The notes under the pieces: model-generated
The model's input: only the letters and a program-made list of their open reading frames with translations
What the model was told of the DNA's origin: nothing
Databases searched by the model: none
Assembly: GCA_964594735.1 (NCBI GenBank)
Contig: CAZQMS010000005.1
Span: 19,150-83,149 of the forward strand
Length of the DNA stretch: 64,000 nt
Source: an uncultured Candidatus Saccharibacteria bacterium
GTDB taxonomy: Bacteria; Patescibacteriota; Minisyncoccia; Phycocordibacterales; UBA2100
Direction: 5' to 3'
Position numbers and translations under genes: made by a program
In this document: piece by piece, positions 56,535-64,000 of the stretch
How the letters are laid out: each line of letters starts with the position of its first letter
Position numbering within the stretch: position 1 is the stretch's first letter

Positions 56535-57542
56535 GTGGTAGGATGGCGCATCATGATGCGGCTTTTCGCCATTCCCTCGATCGTGACGCTCGCGGTCTTT
56601 GCGGCCGCATTCTACTGGGGTGGCCTCTCTGCACTCTTTCTGGTGGCGCTCCTCGCGATACTCGAAACGACGCTTTCTTTCGACAATGCGGTCGTCAACG
56701 CAAAGGTACTGCAGCGCATGACGCCAGAGTGGCAAGCTCGGTTTCTCACCTGGGGAATCATCATTGCGGTGTTCGGGACGAGATTCGTCTTCCCTATCCT
56801 CATCGTCGCAGCAGCAGCTGCACTATCTCCCGTCGCCGTGACGCTTCTCGCGTTCAATGACCCGGTCGCGTACGGTGCGCACCTCGCCGCATCGCATGTC
56901 GCTATCGCGGCGTTTGGTGCAGCATTCCTCCTCCTCGTTTCTCTGAAATATTTTTTCAATCAGAGGAAGACAGTGCACTGGATAAAGGTGGTGGAAAAGC
57001 ATCTCTCGCGCTGGGGCGGTATCGAAGCCATAGAAATAGCGCTCGTGCTGGCGACGCTTGCGGTGTGTTCGTACTTCATTCCGCATGAAGCCGCGACGCT
57101 CCTTCTCTCCGGCATTATCGGTGTGATTGTATTCGTGTTCGTCGAAGGTATCGCCCAATCGTTTGAAGTCGAAGGCGCTTCCGCTGCAGCTGCAGGCGGG
57201 CTCGCGCTCTTTATCTATCTCAACGTGCTCGACTCCGCATTCTCCCTCGACGGCGTCATTGGCGCTTTTGCCGTGACCAACAATCTGCCCGTCATCATCG
57301 CAGGTCTCGGCATTGGCGCACTCTTCGTCCGCACATTTACCATCGCGCTCGTCCGTGCCAAGACTCTCGAAGCGCTTCCCTACCTCGAGCACGGCGCACA
57401 CTGGGCGATTTTTGGTCTCGCACTCGCCATGCTCGCCAATATGTTTGTCCACGTGCCCGAAGTCATTACGGGTCTCGTCGGACTCGTTTTCGTCGCGCTT
57501 GCCTACTACTCCAGCCGCCGCGAGATGCGCGCCGCATGGTGA
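56535..57542 (+). CDS. TerC-family integral membrane protein
   Basis: LETTLSFDNAVVNA-type motif, repeated in the second half of the protein. The true start is possibly the ATG at 56553. Confidence 0.55.
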   Translation: MVGWRIMMRLFAIPSIVTLAVFAAAFYWGGLSALFLVALLAILETTLSFDNAVVNAKVLQRMTPEWQARFLTWGIIIAVFGTRFVFPILIVAAAAALSPVAVTLLAFNDPVAYGAHLAASHVAIAAFGAAFLLLVSLKYFFNQRKTVHWIKVVEKHLSRWGGIEAIEIALVLATLAVCSYFIPHEAATLLLSGIIGVIVFVFVEGIAQSFEVEGASAAAAGGLALFIYLNVLDSAFSLDGVIGAFAVTNNLPVIIAGLGIGALFVRTFTIALVRAKTLEALPYLEHGAHWAIFGLALAMLANMFVHVPEVITGLVGLVFVALAYYSSRREMRAAW

Positions 57543-57571
57543 GTAGCTGATACTGCTCTATACGTGACGCT

Positions 57572-59278
57572 TCAATCGAGGAGCAGACGCGCGAGGCGGA
57601 TGTCTTCGAAGGAGTGCGCGCCTCTCAGTGCTTTGAATATTGGAGTGAGCTGCATCGTCTTACTTTTTTTGAACGCCGCGTGAATAGTAGCGATTTTTTT
57701 CGCGTCTTTCTTTGGCACAAGCTTTTCTATCTCGGCGAGACTGAGCGTGCCGCGTTCTTTGAGCTCTTCGAGGTGCGAAATGATGGTCTCGGGTTTGAGG
57801 CTGCGCGCCTTCGCAATATCTTGGATAGATTTTTCGGTGCGTGCGAGTGCGAGCGTGGCCTCATAGGTATCGACTTTCTCCGTCTGTTTCTTTCGTGCAC
57901 CTCCGCGTGGATTTCCCCCGACCGCCGTGACGAACGCATCCGCGTAAGAAGTGTGCTCGGCTTTCGCCATCTCTTCAAATCGTTTGCGCGCTGCGGCGGA
58001 GGCCCACTTGAAGTCGCGGTCGCGCTTCACGATGTCCGGATGCACGAGGAGTGCGCGGTCGTTGTAGCCGACGAGGTGGAGTGATTGGAGGGTGCGTACG
58101 CGCGAGAGTGCGACGTACCCTTGCCCGTATTCAAATGCCGATGCGAGGTCGACCGCTGCGGCGTCGAGCGTCATGCCTTGGCTTTTGTGCACCGTGATTG
58201 CCCACGCGAGTCGAAGCGGTACCTGCGTAATGCGCGCGAGCACCTTCCCGCCGTCGGTCACGGACCATTCTGCGGGCTCGACCTCGAGTGTGCGCCCCGT
58301 ATTCGTTCTCACGATGGGTCCGAGTGCGCCGAAGCCCGTCACTTCGCCAAGCGTGCCGTTGGCGTAGAGGCCATCCATGCTGTTTTTCGTGAACATGACC
58401 CGTGCACCGACTTTCAGCGTGAGTGTCTCGGGAGAAAGGCAGCCGCGCTTCAGTGTCTCGACGAGGTGTGCGCTGCCTTTGGCGAGCATGGCGTACGAGC
58501 GCGATGTGCCGTCGATGCGCGCGAGTCGCTGGTCGTTCTCGCGATCCGCATTGGCATTGTGTGTGTAGAGCCGCGCCACATGCTCGGGCACGTCGCCCTC
58601 GTCGGTGGCACGCGATGAGAGCATCTCGTGGTGCGCGTCTTCTATGGAGCCGCTTCGAATCGCGTCGAGAAGGTGCAGGAACTCCTGGTCACTTTGCCGG
58701 TGTTGTTCCGAGAGGTAACACACGAGCGGATTCGCTGCTTCCCAGGCGCTCGATGTGAAAGCAAAGAGCGCGCTGGGCTTCGGCGCGGGCGCCTCACGCC
58801 CCGTCTCGAAATCAATCGACGGGCTCGCTGCGATGTCTTTCGAGACGGGCGGCAACTGGAAAAAATCGCCGACAAAGACGACCTGCATCCCGCCCCAGGG
58901 CTTTTCGCTACTTTTGAGTGCGCGGATGGCGGTCTCGACCATCGAGAGCGTGCGCGCATCTATCATCGAGATTTCGTCGAGAATGAGTACGCGCGCACTC
59001 TGCGCGCGCCGCACGAGTCGCTCACGCGTCAGCATCTCGTCGAGATCGTACTTCGTGAGTTCGCGCCTCACCCCGATGCCCGACCACGCGTGAATCGTCA
59101 TGCCACCGACATGCGTCGCGGCGATACCCGTCGATGCGGTCACTGCAGGCTCGATGCCGCGTTCGCGGAGCCACTCGATGTACGCATTGATCGTGTGCGT
59201 CTTCCCGCTCCCCGGCTTGCCTGTGAGAAACACATTGGCGCCGGTTTGAAGGATGGAAAGAGCGGTCGCCTGCTTCAT
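57572..59278 (-). CDS. Pif1/RecD2-like SF1 DNA helicase with a C-terminal helix-turn-helix-like extension
   Basis: LTGKPGSGKTH, LILDEISM, VFVGDFFQLPPV, and VHKSQGMTLD. Confidence 0.75.
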   Translation of the reverse strand: MKQATALSILQTGANVFLTGKPGSGKTHTINAYIEWLRERGIEPAVTASTGIAATHVGGMTIHAWSGIGVRRELTKYDLDEMLTRERLVRRAQSARVLILDEISMIDARTLSMVETAIRALKSSEKPWGGMQVVFVGDFFQLPPVSKDIAASPSIDFETGREAPAPKPSALFAFTSSAWEAANPLVCYLSEQHRQSDQEFLHLLDAIRSGSIEDAHHEMLSSRATDEGDVPEHVARLYTHNANADRENDQRLARIDGTSRSYAMLAKGSAHLVETLKRGCLSPETLTLKVGARVMFTKNSMDGLYANGTLGEVTGFGALGPIVRTNTGRTLEVEPAEWSVTDGGKVLARITQVPLRLAWAITVHKSQGMTLDAAAVDLASAFEYGQGYVALSRVRTLQSLHLVGYNDRALLVHPDIVKRDRDFKWASAAARKRFEEMAKAEHTSYADAFVTAVGGNPRGGARKKQTEKVDTYEATLALARTEKSIQDIAKARSLKPETIISHLEELKERGTLSLAEIEKLVPKKDAKKIATIHAAFKKSKTMQLTPIFKALRGAHSFEDIRLARLLLD

Positions 59279-59309
59279 GCCGCGAATTCTATCAAAAGCT
59301 GCAGTGCAA

Positions 59310-59337
59310 AACGGCTCGACCGATAGGTCGAGCCGTT
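59310..59337 (-). terminator. perfect 12-bp hairpin AACGGCTCGACC-(4 nt)-GGTCGAGCCGTT between the NYN and helicase genes
   Basis: On the minus strand it is followed by TTGCACTGCAGCTTTTG and then by TAGAAT 7 nt before the helicase ATG. Confidence 0.45.
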
Positions 59338-59355
59338 GTCCCGCTGCACCGGAGA

Positions 59356-59970
59356 TTATTCAACTCCGGTAATTTTTGAGATGTCGCGAATCTGATTCTG
59401 CACATCCTTTTCAGATGTGTCTTCGGGCGCTGCCATGGCGCGCGGGCGGCGCATGCCGGCTCGGTAGTTGAGGAGGTAGCGCTTCGGGTCTTGGTCGAGG
59501 TCGAGGAAGTGGTCGGTGTGCTCTTTGAGTTTGCCCGATGTCGAGCGGCCAAAAGAGACTACTTCCACCTGGCATCCGCCGTGTGTGCGGAGGTACTCGA
59601 CGAGTGGAATGAAGTCGCCGTCGCCGGTGAAAAGTATCACCGTGTCGAGCTTGGGCGCCATGGTAATCGCGTCGACAGCCATGCCGACGTCCCAATCGGC
59701 TTTCTTCGCACCACCGAAGAAGACCTGGAGGTCCTTGGTGCGGGTCTCGATGCCGATTTTGGCGAGGGCTTCGAAGAAGCCCTTCTCTTCACCGCTCTCC
59801 GTGGTGACCACGTACGCGCGGGCGCGAATGAGTCGGCGTCCTGCGACGGCATCTTTGAGAAGATTGCCGAAATTTACGCGCGCATGATACAGATTCTTCG
59901 CGCTGTGATAGAGGTTTTGCGTGTCGATAAAGACGCCGACGCGCTGCTCTGGGTGTTTAATAATAGCCAT
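59356..59970 (-). CDS. NYN-domain (LabA-like, PF01936) protein, putative ribonuclease
   Basis: VFIDTQNLYHS...DVGMAVDAI...ILFTGDGDFIPLV. Confidence 0.75.
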   Translation of the reverse strand: MAIIKHPEQRVGVFIDTQNLYHSAKNLYHARVNFGNLLKDAVAGRRLIRARAYVVTTESGEEKGFFEALAKIGIETRTKDLQVFFGGAKKADWDVGMAVDAITMAPKLDTVILFTGDGDFIPLVEYLRTHGGCQVEVVSFGRSTSGKLKEHTDHFLDLDQDPKRYLLNYRAGMRRPRAMAAPEDTSEKDVQNQIRDISKITGVE

Positions 59971-60095
59971 AAAGAATAGCTTGTAGCTGTTAGCTTATAG
60001 AAAAATGCTCAAACTTTGTAAAAGACTTCGACCAGTCTAGCTCCGAAGCGATACGCAGGCAAAACCCCTGCAAGCTTTCAGCTTCAAGCTGATAG

Positions 60096-60362
60096 CTACT
60101 TTTTGAGGCCGAGTTTCTTGACGAGCGTGCCGTATGCGCGCTTGTTCGTCTCCTCAAGATACTTGAGGTGCCTGCGGCGGTCTGCAACGAGACCCAAAAG
60201 CCCGCGGCGAGAGTGCGTATCCTTGCGATTCTTATCCAAATGAGCGGACAGCTCTTCAATGCGGCGTGTCAAAATAGCCACCTGCACCTCCGGAGAACCA
60301 GTGTCCGTATCGTGCCGGCGTGTTTTGCCTATCTCATTCTGCTTCTTGCGCTTCGTGAGCAT
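60096..60362 (-). CDS. rpsO: 30S ribosomal protein S15
   Basis: MLTKRKKQNEI...GSPEVQVAILTRRI...HSRRGLL; the start is trimmed to M10 of the track ORF. Confidence 0.9.
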   Translation of the reverse strand: MLTKRKKQNEIGKTRRHDTDTGSPEVQVAILTRRIEELSAHLDKNRKDTHSRRGLLGLVADRRRHLKYLEETNKRAYGTLVKKLGLKK

Positions 60363-60433
60363 GGATAAAGGATAGCACAACAAAGCCATATTAGCAAGGT
60401 GCCGGCGTATGAAGGGCTCCTCATAGAACGCAC

Positions 60434-60455
60434 CACACCCCCTCGCGGGGGTGTG
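60434..60455 (-). promoter_or_regulatory. 9-bp perfect hairpin CACACCCCC-TCGC-GGGGGTGTG in the rpsO 5' region
   Basis: No U-tract on either strand; candidate S15 autoregulatory structure. Confidence 0.3.
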
Positions 60456-60476
60456 AAAAAGCGCTCAAAATATGGC

Positions 60477-60971
60477 TTATTCCGTCGTGGTCGCTGCAGG
60501 CTGCTTCACGGATACGAGCCGGACATTGAAGATTATCGTCGAGTTGGCGGGGATGATGATGTTGCCTGATGCATCTTTTACGTCTTGAGCGCCGTAGCCG
60601 AGGGATGGCGGGATGGCGATGAGGCGCTCTCCGCCCTCTTTCATGCCGTTGACGCCGATTTGGAAGCCCGGAATCATGCCTTCATTGCCCAAAATAAAGG
60701 TGAGCGGCTCGTTGCCGTGTGCGGCAGAGCTGTCGAAGACCGTGCCGTCGGTCAGCTGGCCGACGTAGAGCACCGAGACTTCAGAGCCCGGGACTGCCTG
60801 TGCGCCGGTGCCTTCAGTCACCTCCTGCGCCTGGACCTGGTCCGACGTCTCTAGATTCTGCTGCGCCGTTTGGTCAGTCGATGCCGCGCCCGTCCCCATA
60901 GATGTGTATATAAAGTATCCTCCAACCGCGACTGCGAGAATCACAACCGCGCCGATTATGTATTTAATCAT
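60477..60971 (-). CDS. membrane-anchored FKBP-type peptidyl-prolyl isomerase
   Basis: TM MIKYIIGAVVILAVAVGGYFI followed by an FKBP domain (GYGAQDVKDASGNIIIPANSTIIFNVRLV). Confidence 0.75.
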   Translation of the reverse strand: MIKYIIGAVVILAVAVGGYFIYTSMGTGAASTDQTAQQNLETSDQVQAQEVTEGTGAQAVPGSEVSVLYVGQLTDGTVFDSSAAHGNEPLTFILGNEGMIPGFQIGVNGMKEGGERLIAIPPSLGYGAQDVKDASGNIIIPANSTIIFNVRLVSVKQPAATTTE

Positions 60972-61039
60972 ACGAGTAGGATACAGCCTGCTGGCGAGGC
61001 TGCAAGCCCGCGAGTGTGCCTTTTTGGTACAGTGCATAC

Positions 61040-62200
61040 ATGGAACCGCTCGCTTCGCAGATACGCCCGCAAACACTCGACGAGTTCGTGGGGCAAGAGC
61101 ACGTGACTGGCGCGGGTAAGCCACTGCGCGTCGCAATAGAAAAGAAAGAACTGTTCTCTTTTATATTGTGGGGACCTCCCGGCAGCGGCAAGACGACGCT
61201 CGCGCGTATCTACGCGACTGCACTCGATGCCGAATTCCACGAAATCTCCGCTGTGGAGGCGGGCAAAGATGACATCAAGCGCGTACTTCCACGGCGTGGC
61301 ACACTCGCGATACGAAAGCCCGTGATCCTTTTCGTCGACGAAATTCATCGTTTCAACAAAGCGCAGCAAGACTTCCTGCTCCCCTTTGTTGAGCGCGGCG
61401 ACATCACACTTATCGGTGCGACTACCGAGAACCCGAGCTTCGAAATTATTTCTCCGCTCCTCTCGCGTTGCCGCGTCTTCGTCCTTGCGGAGCATTCGGA
61501 AAAAGAAATGGAGAAAATCCTCAAGCGGACAAAAATCAAGCTGCCAAAAGATGCCCGTGCGTGGCTCATCCAGATGGCCGGCGGTGATGCGCGCGCGGCG
61601 ATAACGGCGCTCGAGACCGCAAGCAAGCTGTACGGAGAGATAACAGTGAGTGCATTGAAAGAAGCGATCCAATCGAAGCACCTGCGCTACGATAAAAAAG
61701 GCGAAGAGCATTACAACACTATCTCCGCTTTCATTAAATCGATGCGCGCGGGGCAGCCCGACGCCGCGCTCTACTATCTCGCGCGCATGGTCGATGCGGG
61801 AGAAGATCCGAAGTTTATTGCGAGGCGCATGGTGGTCTTCGCGAGCGAAGACATCGGGCTCGCACAACCCACCGCGCTCGTGGTTGCCAACGCCGTGTTT
61901 GAGGCGGTCAACAAAATCGGTTACCCGGAGGCGACGATTACGCTTGCGCACGGCGTCGCGTACCTGTCGCTCTGCAAAAAAGACCGACGCGCGTACGATG
62001 CGATCTTCGCCGCGCTCGACGATGTGAAAAAGCTCGGCAACCTTCCCATCCCACTGCGCGTGCGCAACGCGTCGACAAAATTGATGAAAGAGCTCGGCTA
62101 CCACAAAGGCTACAAGCTGTACGATAAGGAAATTTATCTCCCCGACCAGCTCAAAAAGAGAAAGTATCTCGAAGATGATAAAAAAAGTGGGGAGGCCTGA
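61040..62200 (+). CDS. rarA: replication-associated recombination protein A (AAA+ ATPase)
   Basis: LWGPPGSGKTTLA, FVDEIHRFNK and the MgsA C-terminal domain; the start is trimmed to MEPLASQIRPQTLDEFVGQ. Confidence 0.9.
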   Translation: MEPLASQIRPQTLDEFVGQEHVTGAGKPLRVAIEKKELFSFILWGPPGSGKTTLARIYATALDAEFHEISAVEAGKDDIKRVLPRRGTLAIRKPVILFVDEIHRFNKAQQDFLLPFVERGDITLIGATTENPSFEIISPLLSRCRVFVLAEHSEKEMEKILKRTKIKLPKDARAWLIQMAGGDARAAITALETASKLYGEITVSALKEAIQSKHLRYDKKGEEHYNTISAFIKSMRAGQPDAALYYLARMVDAGEDPKFIARRMVVFASEDIGLAQPTALVVANAVFEAVNKIGYPEATITLAHGVAYLSLCKKDRRAYDAIFAALDDVKKLGNLPIPLRVRNASTKLMKELGYHKGYKLYDKEIYLPDQLKKRKYLEDDKKSGEA

Positions 62201-62216
62201 GGCCTCCCCTTTCGCC
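62189..62216 (+). terminator. rho-independent terminator with the rarA stop codon in the loop
   Basis: GGGGAGGCC-TGA-GGCCTCCCC followed by TTTCGCC. Confidence 0.75.
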
Positions 62217-62542
62217 GCTGATGTTGCGGCATTACGCGTGTTGCTGCGTCGAGTCCGACGCGCTGCGGCCGGCGGATTGCTGGCCAGTGGACTCGGGAAT
62301 TGCGCCCGTGTCCATGTGCGCATCGCGCTGTGCTGACAACTCAGACTGCCGCACTTTCGTACGCACTGTGTTCCCCGCTTGTGCTCGCTGCCTTGCCGCC
62401 GCAACGTGTCTCATGATTCTGCGCTTCATGGCTCACCCCAAATCAAGTCCGCCGTCATTGGCTGCGGCCAGTATAGTTCATACATTATTTCTTTTCGCGG
62501 CGCGAGTGGCGCGATTCTGTGGATTGGCGGTGCACAAGTGCG

Positions 62543-63949
62543 CTAGCGCGAAGGGAGGATGATGTTTCGCAAGAATGAGAACAGGTTCCTAAGTTCTTTT
62601 GCGCCATTGGTCACGACGAGCTCGAGGAACGATGGCGAAGTGGACCCCATCTTTTTCGGTTCGGGTACAGGCACGACGCTCGGGTACACCTCTGCACTAT
62701 CTATAGTGGCAGCGCGCCCACGCGGTACCGTATTTTCGGAAACCCATGCCGCTTTTTCGCGCCCCACGTCGGCGAATATCTGCGGACTTTGTACCGGCTT
62801 GGTTGCTGAATCTGCGACGCGCGCGCCTGGCTGTGCGGCCGGCGCAGCAGGACGTGCGGGTGCTAGCGGTGTCTCCGTATTTTGCGCTACGCCATCGCTG
62901 AAAGGCGGATTCGCAACCGCGGGCATAGGCACGATGCGCTCGGCTGGCTCACGTGTCTCGACGACGTACCTATCCGGCTGGATGCGCGCGAGGAAGCTGC
63001 GGATAGCATCGAGTGACCCCTGCCCTATTGCTTCGAGCAGCTCCGGAATTGGCACAGCGAAGAAGCTGTCGACGATGGAGATGCTTCGCGCGCTTGTTGA
63101 TGCTGCGCGGAAGTTGGCAGTCGTCTCGACAGAAAGCGTCGGGCGCAATACAAAAGTCTGCTTGGCGAGATTGGGCGCTGTGCTCGTCGCGTCTCGCAGT
63201 TGTCCAAAATTCGGCTGTGCCTGCTGTGGCAATTCTCGCGGCCTCTCTACGCCGCCCAGATTCGCGCCCGCGAGTTCCGCAGGAGTCTCGATAGATGCAG
63301 CGGTGCCGACTTCCGCCGCGAGCATGCGCAGCACATCGGTGCGCACGAGGCTGCCGATAGCGGGGCGCTCATCTGCGCCAAGCGGAAAGCTTATGAAACG
63401 CGCGCTCGTACTCGCAGCGAGGACGTAGCTCTGAGGAAGTGAGGGGACGAACACGAGCTGGGGCTGCGCCTGAGGCAGTGGCGTCTGCAGGACGACCGTG
63501 ACGGGACGCGGCACTTGCTGCACAATCTGCACCACTGTGTTTTGCACCGGCGCGGGTTGCACGACACGCGTGACGACGCTCGTCATAGAAGAGACAAAAG
63601 AATTGAAGAACGATTCTGCGCCGAACGCGCGGTTGACGGTGCTTCGGATGAGCGACGGACGCGGTGCCGTCGGAGATGATGGCTGCTGTGAAACCGGTCC
63701 TGTCGGTCGGGGTCCGCCGAACCCGCCGCTCTGAAACGTCTGCTGCATCGTCGGGGCTGGCGCCGGAGCCGCAATGCCGCCGGTGGGAAACGTTTGACTT
63801 GGTGCCGGTGATGTCGGCCGAATTCCTACGAATGTTCCTTGGTTCAATGCTGGTCCCGTAACGGGTTGCGCGGTAGAGACTTCAGCATACGTCGCAGGCT
63901 GACGAATAGTCGGCATGGGTGCTTGTCCGGTGCTGTTTCCGCTTTGCAA
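62543..63949 (-). CDS. Pro/Gln-rich hypothetical protein (the 5' end may lie beyond the window)
   Basis: 468-aa low-complexity ORF that runs up to the right edge of the window. Confidence 0.35.
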   Translation of the reverse strand: MQSGNSTGQAPMPTIRQPATYAEVSTAQPVTGPALNQGTFVGIRPTSPAPSQTFPTGGIAAPAPAPTMQQTFQSGGFGGPRPTGPVSQQPSSPTAPRPSLIRSTVNRAFGAESFFNSFVSSMTSVVTRVVQPAPVQNTVVQIVQQVPRPVTVVLQTPLPQAQPQLVFVPSLPQSYVLAASTSARFISFPLGADERPAIGSLVRTDVLRMLAAEVGTAASIETPAELAGANLGGVERPRELPQQAQPNFGQLRDATSTAPNLAKQTFVLRPTLSVETTANFRAASTSARSISIVDSFFAVPIPELLEAIGQGSLDAIRSFLARIQPDRYVVETREPAERIVPMPAVANPPFSDGVAQNTETPLAPARPAAPAAQPGARVADSATKPVQSPQIFADVGREKAAWVSENTVPRGRAATIDSAEVYPSVVPVPEPKKMGSTSPSFLELVVTNGAKELRNLFSFLRNIILPSR

Positions 63950-64000
63950 CGGGACATTGGGAACTGATCCGCTGGTTTGGCCGGGTGAGACTGGTGCTGT

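Noticed and set aside
62221-62562. 113-aa Cys-rich plus-strand ORF and a 65-aa basic minus-strand ORF in the rarA-downstream gap
   Set aside because: No start-codon context or motif, and the ORF overlaps the rarA terminator. The 330-nt gap is left unannotated.
1-64000. CRISPR arrays, rRNA genes, IS elements, integrases and prophage genes
   Set aside because: No direct-repeat/spacer periodicity, no 16S or 23S signature sequences and no transposase or recombinase motifs were found by reading both strands. The only mobile-looking region, the ruvB islet, lacks an enzyme of its own.

Overview
This is a 64-kb, high-GC (about 60%) chromosomal segment that spans a probable replication origin: dnaN and dnaA on the minus strand at 25.0-27.8 kb, an AT-rich dnaA-dnaN spacer, and divergent rpmH-rnpA-yidC-jag at 27.96-29.9 kb. 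The housekeeping content includes rpsT, ruvA, a Mur ligase, uppP, holA-like, polA, tsaE, pilB, ruvB, yebC, ruvC, PBP1A, rsmA, pcrA, purA, comM, pnp, rpsO and rarA, plus two tRNAs: tRNA-Lys(UUU) and an unusual tRNA-Arg with anticodon GCG. A short YidC, a truncated YebC, Gram-positive-type secretion genes and large Cys-rich or lamin-tail-like surface proteins suggest a reduced monoderm, possibly CPR/Patescibacteria-like (inference only). No rRNA genes, CRISPR arrays, integrases or transposases were seen.

The most unusual regions are:
- An 11-gene minus-strand cluster (29.9-42.6 kb) with PrgI/VirB3-, VirB4-, VirB6- and VirB2-like genes among secreted and membrane proteins.
- A 2.8-kb islet directly 3' of ruvB (17.55-20.39 kb). 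It holds two single-gene cassettes, each ending in a terminator hairpin plus a decayed copy of the last 23 codons of ruvB, then a 600-nt non-coding stretch and a Usg-like gene. Genes in the islet carry strong Shine-Dalgarno sites.
- Most other genes instead have a TAnnnT hexamer 6-9 nt before the start codon, consistent with leaderless transcripts. Several carry a conserved 16-nt motif ATCT(C/A)ACGGGGTATA(A/C/G).
- A dispersed 70-nt intergenic repeat, a NYN-nuclease/Pif1-helicase gene pair, and a LysM/M23 peptidase whose signal peptide is encoded upstream in frame but has no start codon unless a G6 run is read as G7.
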